A DNA stretch of 63,974 nucleotides, filler included, from Catajapyx aquilonaris (Eukaryota): NCBI GenBank assembly GCA_000934665.2. It is 3 parts of 3 records of this genome, joined end to end, with 100 filler letters (N's around TTAATTAATTAA, not from the genome) between each part and the next. Parts side by side here need not be neighbours in the genome. Positions count along the whole stretch, not along the records: positions 21,714 to 43,148 come from JYFJ02006047.1; 2 more parts are not named here. One strand, 5' to 3'. The translations under genes were made by a program, and so were the position numbers. The notes beneath the pieces are model-generated. The model had not been told where the DNA came from. It made no database searches and worked only from the letters and a program-made list of their open reading frames with translations. Shown here one piece after another: positions 25,801 to 39,082 of this stretch (positions within the stretch are counted from its first letter, which is position 1; the number at the start of each line of letters is the position of its first letter).

Positions 25801-28800
25801 ACTAATCTACTCCCCCGTTATAATGTGGCAAGCCAGGAATATTGCAGCCGGAAATGATGCCCGTAAAAACCTTCCCCGGATAAAAAAAATGTGTGTGTTA
25901 GGTACAAATTTGCAAGATTTTTTTTTGGCAACACCGCGAGTCATTTCCGCCATTTTCGCCCCAAATGCAATGAGGAAAACGAGTCTCCGGAGTTGAGGTT
26001 GGCACAAGTGGAGACCCGTATCTCCGGGCGTACACCTGGTCGGGTTTTCCTTTTCCGGGAATTGCGACAAGAGAGAAACGGAATTTTTGTTCTTCACTAA
26101 AAGACCGTCTTCCGGACCGTAAATAATCCAGTACTCTTATCGCAGGCACTCCAGAGAAAGAGAGGAAAAGGGGCTTAAAATAAGTCGAAGACACGGTCTT
26201 TTTTTATTTTACGGTTCAAAGTCAGTTGATGGGATTAAATGTACAAGGTGGTTTAATGATCCGGATATTTTTTTTTAAAAGCGAACGGCATAACCGAATT
26301 TGTCAGAGTCTTCATGAAATGTATTTAAATCCAAATGTGATTACAATTCTGAATATTACGACGTGCTATGTGATGGGAAAGGTCGGCTCAAAGTATTAGA
26401 AGAATTTCAATATGTGAAATTCCGGGGCTTCGGATTTTCAGAGGGGGGGCCTTACACAACGCAATTTAATAAGCCTGTTCGGAACCGAAAAATTCCTAGA
26501 TTGTAATTATATCCTCGGAATATCGGATGCTATACAACATGTAATCAGAAAATATTTTTAAAATGAAGTAGGTGAAAATAATTAAGTACCGATATCTGAT
26601 TTAAAATTCAGTCATGCACAGTTTGTGACGCGATTCTAACGGTTCAAATGCCCAAAATATAAAGGTGAAAGCAGTTTATTTAAAAAAACGTGTTATATAC
26701 ATTTTTTTTCGAGACTGAATATAGCAAAAGAATTCATTTTCTGGTTGCTTTCATTCCCTTTGGTTGTCATCCAAGAAGGTGTTATCGGAGTCAAAAAGGT
26801 GGATCTTGTGACATATTCTTTTTATGCCACTGTCACTATATATCCGGGGTGAGAAAGTGATTGCATATTTAGAAGTAGGGGAATCCTGAGAATTTGCATC
26901 GCGAATTATGCAGCGTCTTGGAGTTATGTTTTATTCGCATTCCGTGATTATTTTTTTTCCCCGCATGAAGTTTTGAAGCAATGCTTAATTTAACGAGGTG
27001 CTTTGTTCTGGTCCGGCTTAGCATGAGCTACATTAACCAACTCCTAGACTCGTTTTCATATTTAAGTGGGTTGTAAGGCACTCATGACTTTATTTAGAAA
27101 GTGATTAAGCTTCAAGCTCGTTTAGGAGGAGCTAGGTGACGTTCTATATGACGCAGAAAAGAGCGACCACATTTCTGCAATTTGCACTCAATCTTCGTAA
27201 GCAATTTTCAGTTTTATCGAAAATCCATTTTTGTGAGTCGGGGGGGGGGGGGGGGGGGGGAAAAAATTTTTTTTTTTNGGCATATTTTGACATCCCCCTT
27301 TTTTTCTTCACGTCACGCCAGTCATTCTGGACACGACCCTTCAACTTTGAGTATTGAATTTTCCCTCAATTTATCTTATAGACTATTTGGAGTTACGTAA
27401 CGCTATCCGCATCGCCCATACCAAATTTGTCACGGTCTGTCACGCGTTACGTATTTATGGACAGTCCCCAAGGCTCTAATTCAATTTGCTGCGATGGTGG
27501 CCATTTTGATTTTTTTTTTTTGCAATTATCATGATTTACATTTTTAATTTTTGGTATTAAAAGCTGTTAACTTTTTAACATGTTAAATCATTTCCCCTAT
27601 CGTGTCGACCCCTCTGGCCAAGTGATTTTATTTGTGTTTTTGATTCAATTTTGTTGAAAATTAGCCAATAACATTTCCACTATACTTTCGTCGTTATTTC
27701 GACCCTCTAGAGTCTAGACCTCTAGCAAATTTCCGGTTGGCAAAATCAATTCCATATATTTTTTTTTCTCCCCTGACCATTATTTGGAAGCGACAGGGTG
27801 TTCAGGCCCGAGTCCTGTCCGTTGTTCCACATGGACGGCCCTTTCAAATTAATTCCAACAACCGCTCATTCTCATGCTCTTCTGCATGGATTTTGCATTA
27901 AAATCTGTGACGTGTGAATCATTAGCGATGCTGTGCCTAGAATGTGGCTCAGGCTTTTCCAATAAATGTCGCCAATTTTAGAGGGGGTGCAAAAGAGAGC
28001 CCTTGGGCCCCATGTTTTAGGCGTGGCCCTATAATAATAGTCGTACGTTAATGTCATTGCCGCCTGCTACTCACGAGTTAACGGATGTCAGACCTCTTTT
28101 TAAAAAATCCATAAGGATCAACGTTGTCACACTTTACAAGGCGCCTCATGATTGTTGTAACCTCATAATGTATTTTATGCCAGCCTGTACTTATTCGAGC
28201 CTTATCATGTTATTTATGACTCGTGGCATAACTAAATTATAGCCAACACGTGTTATTATGTCATATATTATGTGCTGTGGCAGAGAGATACTGTCTTCAG
28301 TGTCATTGAGCCGTTTTATTTATTCATTCCTGCCTATAAATGAAATGACCTGTATGTTCGATCGTATTGCGGCACGTTGCCCTCCCAAACAAAAAAAAAT
28401 CGGTCACATATTACGCCCAGATTTTCACACCATTTCGGATCCGGAGGTGGTCGACCTGGCAGTGTAAACACAGACCATGCTTGGTTTGTGTCATGCGTGT
28501 TTCGCACCATCGATCCGGAGGACTGAAAATCCGGAATTTTGAGTCACGACTGCGGGTCTGTCCAGTAGTGCAGGGCGTGGACAAAGGAGGTACGGGGTCA
28601 CTGTGTGTGTGTGTGTGTTCAACACGCGATGCCTCTGCCTCCGGGGATGAATCAGCTGGGCCCAACCAGGTATCGATTTCGAGGGTGGTCTTTTTGTTGT
28701 CATGGATCGATCATACACCCCCCCCTCGTACCCCAGGACACACCCCATATATCTACCCCATAGCTTTTTGTTCTGTGTAGTAGTTGTTTCGAGTCCAGTT

Positions 28801-29211
28801 GGTTGTGCATGATGTGGTGGTAAGATGTCCAACCGGTGGTGGTTACTGAGCGAACAGGATGAAGACGAGTAAGTTTTTCCAGTGTGTCATCCAAAAAAAT
28901 ATTTCTGGGGTATGACCCCCCCTGTAGTGTGTGACCTAAAAAAGTGATCGATTTGGACAACATCCGTTTTTGGAAAAGCGGCCAGTCAAAGAGAGTTCAG
29001 ATGTGTGTGTGTCCACTTGGGAATTTGACACGTTTTAAAAATAAATCCGGATTGACGTACATATACTGAAAGATGACCCCTAGTGGGGACACTTTCTGGT
29101 TTCACTTTGCACATCTGGTCGATATTTGTCCTGACGTCATCTGTTTTTGTGCGTTTACTAAATTGACATTTCCCCTATTAAAACTGGGGGTTGTCTTTGT
29201 GTCTTTGTCAG

Positions 29212-29344
29212 TTTCGACGACTCCAGCTCCATATCCAGCGGTGTGTCTGATGCCGTTGGAGAAATATCCACAGATGACAACCTAACCAACTCTTCGGTCA
29301 ATTCGGAGCTGTCGAACCATCATCGGCAGTATGAAAACGCCAAG
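29212..29344 (+). CDS. sick: Neuron navigator (NAV2/sickie/unc-53 family) exon
   Basis: AG/GT boundaries; FDDSSSISSGVSDAVGEISTDD matches the NAV motif WDDSSS.SSG.SD....STDD. Confidence 0.85.
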
Positions 29345-29643
29345 GTGAGTAACCACTTTCCCCTTTAATGGCTGCCCCCGAAAAAAAATTGAGCACAGTG
29401 ACAGTTTTTTTTTTTAGTAGTCCGAACTTAAATTACCAGTTGACCTCGCTGTGGTTTTGTGCAAATTAGGAAAAGTGGGCGGTTAGATTGGGCCGGTATA
29501 CTTTGGGGCGTAATCGCACATGCATTATGTAAAATACCAGCAGCTGGTATGCATACAAGGAGTTTGGAATTGTTGCTGGGAGCAGACTGCTTTGCAGTGT
29601 AATTTTGCATACATCTGTGCAATGTCGTCCCTTTTTTTTCCAG

Positions 29644-29795
29644 CAGAAGGCAGAAGGTGATGGCAATCAGGTGGGAGTGAATGGTGCATGTGGACGAAGA
29701 GAGCAGCCCCCGTTGGCCTACAGGGTTGTAGGCAGCAGGGGCAGCAGTGGCAAGAAATCAGACAGCTCGCAACAAACGGAGACCAGTGCCTTTAG
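29644..29795 (+). CDS. sick: Neuron navigator exon
   Basis: Acceptor ttccag (NAGNAG), donor TTTAG|gtcagc; in phase; ...KKSDSSQQTETSAFR. Confidence 0.75.
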
Positions 29796-29863
29796 GTCAG
29801 CCTTTTCATTTTTAATGTAGATTAAAATGGTGTGTAATATTGTACCGTTTTTTGGGGGAGCAG

Positions 29864-30195
29864 ACAAATATCGAACACCCAGTGGAAAAAGTTTGTCGAA
29901 AACGGGAAACCAGCTCTAGCCCAGGCACAGGCACAGGCATACCAACAACAACAACAGCAACAGCAACAACCACCAGTGCAAGAGTTCCGTCGAGGAAAGT
30001 CAGACCTCGAGTCTATACGAAACCGTGAGAAGAGGAACAGCGTGGGTTCCAGTTACGCCAATGGCCCACCAGTCAACGGCCCATTGGGTCTTCCTCAAGG
30101 GCCACAATCAGCCCTTCCCAAGAAGCAGGACAAGAGGACACCAAATGCTGCTGTGAACGTGCCTCAGCAGCAAGACCCTAGGAAGAAGGGCATGG
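29864..30195 (+). CDS. sick: Neuron navigator exon (polyQ-containing)
   Basis: In phase with neighbours; QISNTQWKKFVENG...AQAQAYQQQQQQQQQPPVQEFRRGKSDLES...KKGM; donor G|gtgagt. Confidence 0.75.
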
Positions 30196-30362
30196 GTGAG
30201 TTACACTGATAGCTGAGGGAATATATCTTCTTACATAATAAAGCAGAAAGTTTGTCTGCATGTCCGGGCTGCCTAACTCACTTTGGGACTACTAAAACTT
30301 TGTTGATGGAGGAAAATGTCTGAAAACTGCTGCACTTGTTAAATATATGGAAACTGTTGCAG

Positions 30363-31169
30363 GTGTGAAGGATGACTTGAACAAGGACGACAAGCGGTCC
30401 CCTAAAGTTCCGTCAACGTCGATGGCTCAACCACCAATGTCAGTGCCATCAGGGTCGTCGGGTCACTCCTCAAGAGTCAATGGTGATTCGCGTCGTATGC
30501 ATGCGGCAAGGGGCGTCCCTGCCAGTTTCGGATATGTGAAGAGACCCACTAGCGCCGGGCCAGTTTGTAAGAATGGGGGCGGCCCCGGGGCGAACGGCCC
30601 AACCCCAAAGAGCAGAGAAAATCCGGAGGAGATGCGGACAGCCCAGGTGTCCGGTGTTCCCAGAGTGGACACCGCTAAAGGTGAACGGAGCTTGGAAAGA
30701 CCCAGGACGAAAGTGAAGGTCAGCGGGGGCACCCAGACCACATCTGACCTTCTCGGCCCCGGGGCGGCCCACCATCCGACGCCTCACCACTCGGAACCGG
30801 ACTACTCCAGACACGGCTACCCACCGCAGCAGAACGCTCCTCCTCAGTACAAGTCCTACTCTCTGACTGCCCCGAGCGCGTCCCAACTGTCCCAGAACGT
30901 GCGCGACCGTCTCCTGGGGTCACAGAGCCTACCCAAGTCTTCCTCTGCTGCCGGGGCCGACTATGCCGGGTTCTACGCCGGGTTCCACCACCAACACCCT
31001 GGCGGTGGGTACTCCCGAGAGAGGAGCCCAAGGCTGCCCAAACCCACCGACGGGTCACTCAGCGACACTGCGTACTCCAACTACGCCGAGCTGCACGGGT
31101 ACAACCGAAGCAGTCCGTACGCATGGGTCAGACACAGCCCCAGTTATGCAGCCGGAGCATCTGCAGGAG
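30363..31169 (+). CDS. sick: Neuron navigator large exon
   Basis: Open 807-bp exon with ASFGYVKRP, KVKVSGGTQT, LGSQSLPK and DGSLSDT motifs typical of sickie/NAV; donor G|gtacgt. Confidence 0.9.
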
Positions 31170-31528
31170 GTACGTCTGGTTCGTTGTTTTTGTAATAAGC
31201 ATTCTGATTGGTCAGCCGCACATTTTTGTTACCGCGACGCTTCCTATTGGCCCAGTTGTGCGCCTGCGCAATGGTGTGGAGGCAGCGCCTCTGGTGAGTG
31301 AGTGGGTGGGGGAGTATTAAAATCCTTCGTTGTTTCACCAAGCCTTCCGATTGGCCTCCGATCTGCTCCTGCAGTCCTGCGCAATGGGAGGAACTATCAA
31401 TTTGCTTGCTGTCGGGCTGAAAATCACATAGCAGTGTAGAGAAGTGATGAGGTCTACATAATCAACCGCTATTCTTAACATATAAAAGACAACGACGGCC
31501 ATATGTATAAACAAAGCGTGTGTTTCAG

Positions 31529-31700
31529 GTAACCTGATTGAAGCCGACAGCGTCGAGTCTCTCAGCTCGGCTTCGTCGTCTTTGGCAGCCCAGCTCCAGC
31601 ATGCTCGTGCTGGTAGTTTGACCCACGCTCGTCTGATGATGCACCAGCGTGAGATGAGTGCTTCACCCAGTCCCAGACTCAACAGAAGCAATAGTATCAG
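31529..31700 (+). CDS. sick: Neuron navigator exon
   Basis: NLIEADSVESLSSASSSLAAQLQHARAGSLTHARLMMHQREMSASPSPRLNRSNSIR; AG/GT boundaries in phase. Confidence 0.85.
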
Positions 31701-33140
31701 GTGAGAGTGATGTAACCGACTGTATAAACATGTGCATCTGTGTTGCGTGAATTAGTACTGGTCTACCAACGAGGATTGTCAAATTTCATACCCATTCTTC
31801 TGAGTCGTAACAGTGTCCGTTGGGTGACCAGTAAACAGTATATTGTCGAGTTCATATACGAGCCTTATACCAACATGTTACACCCTACCTTTCTGTGCAG
31901 CCATTTCCGAGAGAGGACCTTCCCAAGGTATAGTGCACAAGTGGATGTCCCCCCTCATGCACTTTTCCAGACATACGCCTTGCTTTTTTGGAAGAAGTAA
32001 AAATATGCACAATCTAGTCCGGACGCTAAAACTGCACCCTTTCAGTAGATTTTTAAAATGCTTATATGTCATGCAAATAGCAGGCATTGTTTTAATTACA
32101 TGATACATTTAAGGAAATTGTCACATTTTCCCCCAAACATTGCGACACCAATGTTCGTCTGCATGGAATTTTTGCTCATCCGCCCCCCTGGCTCTGTATG
32201 TGTGGTTTTCCTACAGTCATAAGCTTTGATCTCCCTTTGCTTGCTTTGCATGTTACATGTGTTTTTCATACGTGTCGGAATACTATTGGAGGAATTTTGC
32301 TCGAGGGGTTGGAACGAGGTTATAATCGATTAGAAGCAAGCTCCGAGCTCCACTGCAAACTTAATTAATAACGCAATTGTTTAAATTTTTTAGCACTTTC
32401 GTTTAGACATGTAAAATATTTCTCTGACTGCACCTTGCCCGAGGGCCGCGTACACTTTCAAATAGGATAACAAAAGTATTACAGTTCCAAGTTAGCCTCG
32501 CAGAACTGAGTCAATAGCATCAGTACCTAATTACGGTCCCACGGAAATTGAATTTCCCCTTCCAGCCCGAAAGGGTCACGTGAGGGATGCAGGTAGTTAT
32601 GGAACTAGCAGGGTCAGTTCCGACTTGAATTTTTTAACAGAGGAACCGGCTCCAAGTTTGTTTACGAGATCAATACATGTGCAGCGCTGTAACATTCCAG
32701 AAAACGCGCATTACAGCGTCTAAAAATAACATGGCTATTTAATTCCGATTGACCTGCTTCCTGTCCCACCTGGGAATGCAAATTACATAAAGCAGGTTAA
32801 CTGCTATCAAATTACAGCATCGAAGCGCAACAGGTATTGTTGGCAATAAATCACCTGTAAGTTTACATGATATAGCCGCGTGCTAGTTACGTCGTTACTT
32901 GTTAGTTTCCCCAACATTTTTCACATGTTTTGGGAGACAATCTGCATTTCTGAGTCATCCTGAAAATTTGTGATGCGTCTGGCGCAGAATCCCCCAGATG
33001 ATGGCGTCCCGCGTGCCTCATCGATTTCACTTAGGGAAGGAAGAAAGGGGCATGAAAAGGATTAAATGGCCGTCCCCCGCTTTAGTGCACTTTTGAATAT
33101 TTCAAAAAAAAATATGAAAATTATTGGCGTTAATTTACAG

Positions 33141-33424
33141 GTCGACTAAATCTGAGAAGCTGTATCCGTCGATGCTTCAACGGACTGACGACCTGGATGG
33201 ATACTACAGCACGCCTTTGTCGCTCTCGACCGCTGGGCATCGCGACGGACCGCATTCGTCGCAGCCAACCAGTCCTACACCCAGTCAGGTATCACAAGGC
33301 ACGGCGTCATCCAGGTTCAATTTTGCACCAATCAGTTCATCAGCATCGAACCATGGCTTGTGTCGTCTCAGCATGACTCCATACACTGGGATTCTGGCTA
33401 AAATACCTTCCAAAGAGGATGATG
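33141..33424 (+). CDS. sick: Neuron navigator exon
   Basis: STKSEKLYPSMLQR...SQPTSPTPS...SKEDD; ttacag| and |gtaagt. Confidence 0.9.
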
Positions 33425-33489
33425 GTAAGTTAGTTAAATCGTACGAATTCGATGTGAAATTACCTTTTTTCCTACCCCCCGAAAAACAG

Positions 33490-33641
33490 TGCACGGTTCG
33501 TCGTTGTCGTTGGTGTCGACAACCTCATCGTTGTACAGCACCCAGGAGGAAAAGCAGGCCCACGAGATACGAAAACTGCGACGAGAATTGGGAGAAGCGC
33601 AAGAGAAGGTTCACACACTTACCAGCCAGCTTTCAACCAAC
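33490..33641 (+). CDS. sick: Neuron navigator exon (start of coiled coil)
   Basis: VHGSSLSLVSTTSSLYSTQEEKQAHEIRKLRRELGEAQEKVHTLTSQLSTN is a strongly conserved NAV block; donor |gtgagt. Confidence 0.95.
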
Positions 33642-36600
33642 GTGAGTACCTCGTTTTACATAATTTTCGTCCTGTTTCGTGCCTCGGTATGTCCAACCTG
33701 AGGAAACTCGGCAATGGATTGTTTTAGACAAGGAAAGTAGGTCGTCGTGTTGCAGTTTCATAGCTTCAACGAACGTCAAGATAAGGGGTCAGGAGCGCCC
33801 ATTTAGAGAGAACGGGGGTCTTGTAATCCGCAGTAAAGTACAGTGCGTTGTAAGTCATTGGGAATAAAGGGCCTGGAGGACGGTTACGCGACGTTTTTTA
33901 CTGGAAGCGAAAGAATTGTCGGAAGAAGTCGATGCCCTGCTATCAAAAGGCTTGGGCCATGTGTTTTGAGTATAGAGTTGCGCTACTGTATACTATTGAT
34001 TGTCCCAGCGGCTTACAGAGTGTCTCAAAAGTGGGTGCAAGCAGTTGAACACCCTGTGTTAAGCCTTATTGGCAAATATTTTTTTTTGCAATTGAATTGA
34101 AAAGTGCTAAAGTGCATAGTATCCGGGAGTCAAGGCGATACTTCTTTAGTGTGTCTCTCACGGACTTTTCGGGGGGTAAGAACAACAGGATTCAGAGTCT
34201 GTCGATTTTTCCTCTCTTTTCCTCGAAGATTGATTTCGGTCGGTCGGTTTCTTCAGCGAAACTCCCAGTTTACTTAAGGATCACCGGCATAAAATCCCAG
34301 GGCTGCCGGAGGGGTATTGATCCGAAGGAAAGGCAACGAGGAAATTCCCTGGGTTGCGAGCGATTTTGTTGATGTTTCCGAGTGTTTCCACGCAGATCTT
34401 AGAATATTGTTGTAAGATGTCATTTTGTATATATAGTGAAAAGTTTGTCCAGAAAGCGGAAATATGGCAACCCTGCTTTTAGGGGTGCCGTTTGTTCTTG
34501 GTCGAACTATATATTGCCACAAACTGAGAGCCACAGCCATTGGCATCCCTGTTATTCCACCCTGAAGGAGGCAACAAATTAAATCAAACGTCACATTGGA
34601 AAGACAAGGAAAGGAGCCTCCAAGTCAGTCCATGGGTTTTCCGGGAGTGCAATTTGGCCCGGATCCAGACCCCGCATCTCTTGGTGAAGAGAACAATGCC
34701 GAAAATAGTCCTCCTTCCTCCGGTTCTTGATAGCTCCAAAGAGCCTCCTGCACTTGAGGAGGGCCACCGGAATATTGAAAGGAGTGGAGTTAAAGCAGCT
34801 GCATAGAATATGAAGGAGATGGATGATGGATAGATAAAAAAAGAGGGACTTTCTCTTGTGGTTGCTGCTGGAAGAAGGTGTGGCTTCTGCAGGAAGCATA
34901 ATATAGGTGGGGTTCGTAGCTCTGGAAGAGAAAACCTTTTTGTTTGATGGTCTCAGTCGGTATTACAGGCCAGTAAGTTCAGCTCACGTCCGCCTAGTTC
35001 TCATCTGGTTTCATTACGGCTGGAAGTGCAGGCAGGAACGACTTCAAATACCTGATCTGATGACGAAATGTCCTGGACTTATTAAAGTTAGGGCTCCTAA
35101 ATAGAATCGAGGATCGAATATTGTAGTATATAATAATTATTAAAAATCCTTCGTTGTATGACCGAGGCTTCTGCGCAATGGGAGAAGGCAGCGCCTCTGG
35201 TGGATGGCTATGTAAAATGTCAGATGTTCACAGCACATAACAAAAAAAAATCAAATATAAAATGAACGGATTTGGCTGCACTGGGGACACAGAAAGGAAT
35301 GTAATATCAGAGGAGATTAAGGCATAAACTCGGTAATTAAGGTATTTTCCGCGAAAGTGGTCATGTCAAAAAGGCGGAGTCTCGAGAGAGAAATGAGCGT
35401 AATTTGTTTTGCTTGGAAGAAGCTCATCATATGCCGCATGTAGTTTCCTTGTAATGAGACTACTTTTTTTTTATTCGAGTCATGGTTGCATCTTGATTAT
35501 AATTTTTTAAATCATCCGGATACAATAATCATGTCAGAGCCAAGCTGTGGATTCTTCCGGAGGGGGCTAAGAATCTAATTAAACATGCTCTTCTTCCTGG
35601 CAAGATTAGTTACACTTTGACAGCCAACTTCACCGTTTAATTGCTACGTCACTACCGGGCACTTTTTTTCCCCCCATCTAGAGCAACAATGAGGTTTTGA
35701 CATCGTCACTATTTGGTGAGGTTTTCAGTGACTCACTGACGTACAGCATTTTGATGCTTCTTGTTGTAAATGAATTTGACTGCTTTTAAAGTGGAAAGTT
35801 CAAATAAACTCCTTAGATATTTTTAAAGTAATTAATGTGGTTCGTTAACGATGACGGAAAAATATAAGTGAACCTGAAAAATGCTTTTCATCCAAAAGCA
35901 GTGAACAACTACGCAAAATTATTTAAAGGAGTAATTTGAAAAATTTGCATTCTTTTACGTTGAAGTGTAGGCAGATTTCAGCTCATTGCACAAAATTTTG
36001 CAAGGACTCTTTGATGCATTCAGGTATACAAAGCTAGGCTATCTGGTGCTCATATCGGCGTATGTAGGTGGGAGAAATTGCATGGGGGGTATTCTTGTTT
36101 AGTTTCGATCCATTAGTTCGATTTTCCGCATGACTAAAGTTCCCCACTTCATTTCACGGTGAGTAATGACTGAATGAGTGCCGGAAATTAAGGGAGTTTC
36201 CTTCAACGCTATTTTTTTCTATAGAAGCTGTGCTGCTCTGTAATCATATTCTGAATTCGCAGAGCTTGGAAAGAAAATATCACGAAAATGGGGGGAATTT
36301 CGCTTCTTCCAAAATTTTCAACGCCTCAATCTAGAAGCGCTTCTAAAAATAATCAAACGGATCCGACATTCAGAATGAGGAAAAGTTCATTTGCCCGCCT
36401 CTGGAGACTGTCTTCTCCGAGAACTTTAATTAAGTGAAGAGGCGGGATTAATTCTAGAAGATGCCGGAACTGGGTACGATAAAAAAAAGAAGCCAACGGT
36501 AACTTAAGATGATGAGTCATCCGGATTTTCAACCAAAAATTCTTTTTGGTACTTGCAATAATTGCATCCCTATAGGACATGCCATGTGATGCTTTTCGAT

Positions 36601-37711
36601 GTTTCAGGTACGTGGGAGTGGGTCGGGTCAGACCTGCCAAAAGTGAGGTGTCACTTTGTTGCTTATGTGGGAAGTGGAGCGACTCGTTTCACACCCTGGT
36701 TACAACTTGTCAAGTGACAGTGATGAGTCTGGTAGTACATTCCTTAACGTGCAGCGAAAAGGGGACACTAACACTAACTAAGAAAAATGGTGTAAAATAT
36801 TTCAAATATTCCGGTGACTTGAACTCATGTCAATTGAGCCATTGCATGATAAGCAAAAATTATGGGTATGCAAAAATGCAGACCTTGGGTTTGGTTCACA
36901 TTCTGGGGGTCCCTTTAGGGCACTAAAATCATCTCGACGATTCTCATAGGAAAATTTTTGGCGAGCCCACAACAAGCCAAATTGCAGCGTCGTTTATATA
37001 ATGACTGGGCTTCAACCGCAGATTAATTTGGAGCCAAACAAGTTTAAGCTGCTGGCTCGTTAATATTGTTATTTCTGATGGGGGGGGGGTGGCAGCCATA
37101 TTTTGGACACGCAAGAGTGCCAATATTTTTTTTTATTTGGGCAAAGTGTCTTGGTATGTTTTGCAACCATGCACGTGCCACTTGATAGTCGATCTCGTTA
37201 TGGATGATTCAAGTTTGACCTCGAGAAACAGTTGGGCCTGCCACCACTTGTCCCACTAAAAGAGGCGGGATCTCCGGACAAGCTTGGACACTCAGCGTGG
37301 GTTGCCCACTCTGGTCCGAAAGGTGCTTATTTGAACCTGGACACATGATCGGATATGACACTGGGTGTATATCACCCTCGGCAGCAGCAGCATGGCCAAA
37401 GGAATAATTAGTATTCAAAATAGTCTTCATGTGTGGTGAATTTTGAAGACTGATTAATTGCCGGTTGGGCAATGTTGTCAAACATGTTTTGCGGTATTGC
37501 GACATACGCCTAGTTATGTGCATGCCGCGCCATGTAAAGGTTTATACCTTCCGGACCGTTCACCTTTGTGCGTTGCTAATTTTTCGTAATTCGTGTGCCA
37601 TAATTGGCTAGATTCGTGTGAAAATCATTTTTGCCACATTTCTTGGAATTTGGCGGTGCAAATACCTGCACGGTATGCGTTTATCCATTATGCAATTATC
37701 CAGTATGAGAT

Positions 37712-37822
37712 TAGCCGAAGTTATGCCGTTAACCGAAGTTATGCAATTAACCGAAGTTATGCAGTTAACCGATGTTATGCAATTATCCGTTATGCGATTA
37801 ACCGAAATTATGCAATTAAACG
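37712..37822. repeat. ~18-bp minisatellite (TTAACCGAAGTTATGCAA)
   Basis: About six degenerate tandem units read directly. Confidence 0.8.
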
Positions 37823-38791
37823 GATTTTGCTTCCATATTGTAAATTAAGTTACTTTGCCACTTGATTTGTCTACCAGACAAAGATCGCTGGCTTCTGATG
37901 TTACCTGCCTGTAAGTCTTATGTATAGGGGGGGAACCTGTTTTGGGTCTTTGGCCACGGTCACCTGTTGGGAAGGAAGCGGAGCATTATGGGATGGGACG
38001 TGGAGGAGGGGTAAAATTGAGGGATAAAAAGTGCTTCCTGGGGGCGATTTTTCCTGAGCTGCTGTAAAAGGAAGGAGGGAGGGGTCATCATGCCCCAGTG
38101 AGACGGGTCAAGGCATGTGTTTTGCCATACACCGATGTATATAAGGAGCTGGTTTTTCTCCAGCAACCCACAAGAAACAGTTTTTCCTTATAATACTCGT
38201 AAATTAACAGCCACGCAGAATCGTGACCATTAATAATTTTTTCGTACGGGGTGTACACGTTGCTTTTACAACTGTGCGTTAAGTGCATGTTGTTGAGGTC
38301 TTGAACTTACGGAACCTACGCGTTGGTGCTACTGCCGCGTGTCGAAATTGCGTATTGTGAAACACAACACTTTGCTTTCCAGTCGTAAACAAAAGAAAAC
38401 AGTGGCAGTGTAAAAGTGTTGTGTTACGAGCTCTGGTTAACGCTGTTACATCATACATAACTTATAATTATTGTTGCTCCAACTTCTGTGACCGGAGACA
38501 TGTGAAAGCTGAGGATGCTGAACCGGAGGGAGATGAAGAATGTTTAGAGTCCCCAGTCAGTGGCAATGGCTGCCCAACCAGCATCCTTGATAGCGTTACT
38601 CAGCTGGGGGAGAGTTAAACCGTTTGAAGGCAGTTTCTAGGGGTTGTGTTGTGGGAGAAGGATGGGGGGAGGGGGGGTCCAAATGGCCTGAGGGCTCCCG
38701 AAAGCGCCCATGCACAAGCGTGGCCCTGTGAAGGCCAGTTGCTGCCAGTTGGAGGCTGAAGAAGGACGTATAGTGTGCACAGGATGCAAAC

Positions 38792-39082
38792 ATGAACTGG
38801 GAGGGCAAGTACCACACGTGTAGACGAACAGGACAACAAGTGAACCAATCATACGCGGTGCATGATGGATTCGCAACAGTTCGATCGAGTCGGTCAGCCA
38901 AACAGCGGTATGTCCAACCGGTACAGCCGGTACCAGCACCATGTCCACCGCACCAGTGGCAGTTCCAGTGTCGAATGGAGACTCTGTGGGAAGACGGTGT
39001 TGTGTTCAGACCCAGGAGGGACATACCATGGTGGGAGATCGCTACTAGGAAGTCGCGGTACCGAAGCTGTCCGACTCTGGAG
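38792..39082 (+). CDS. sick: Putative alternative first coding exon of a short NAV isoform
   Basis: ATG preceded by an in-frame stop; 97 codons ending ...DIPWWEIATRKSRYRSCPTLE|gtaccc in phase 0, compatible with the 41881 exon (AHVVAAFEQ). Confidence 0.6.

Noticed and set aside
37712..37822. Short regular repeats resembling a CRISPR array (also 18026 and 22738)
   Set aside because: Head-to-tail repeats without unique spacers, in spliceosomal-intron-containing eukaryotic DNA with no cas genes.
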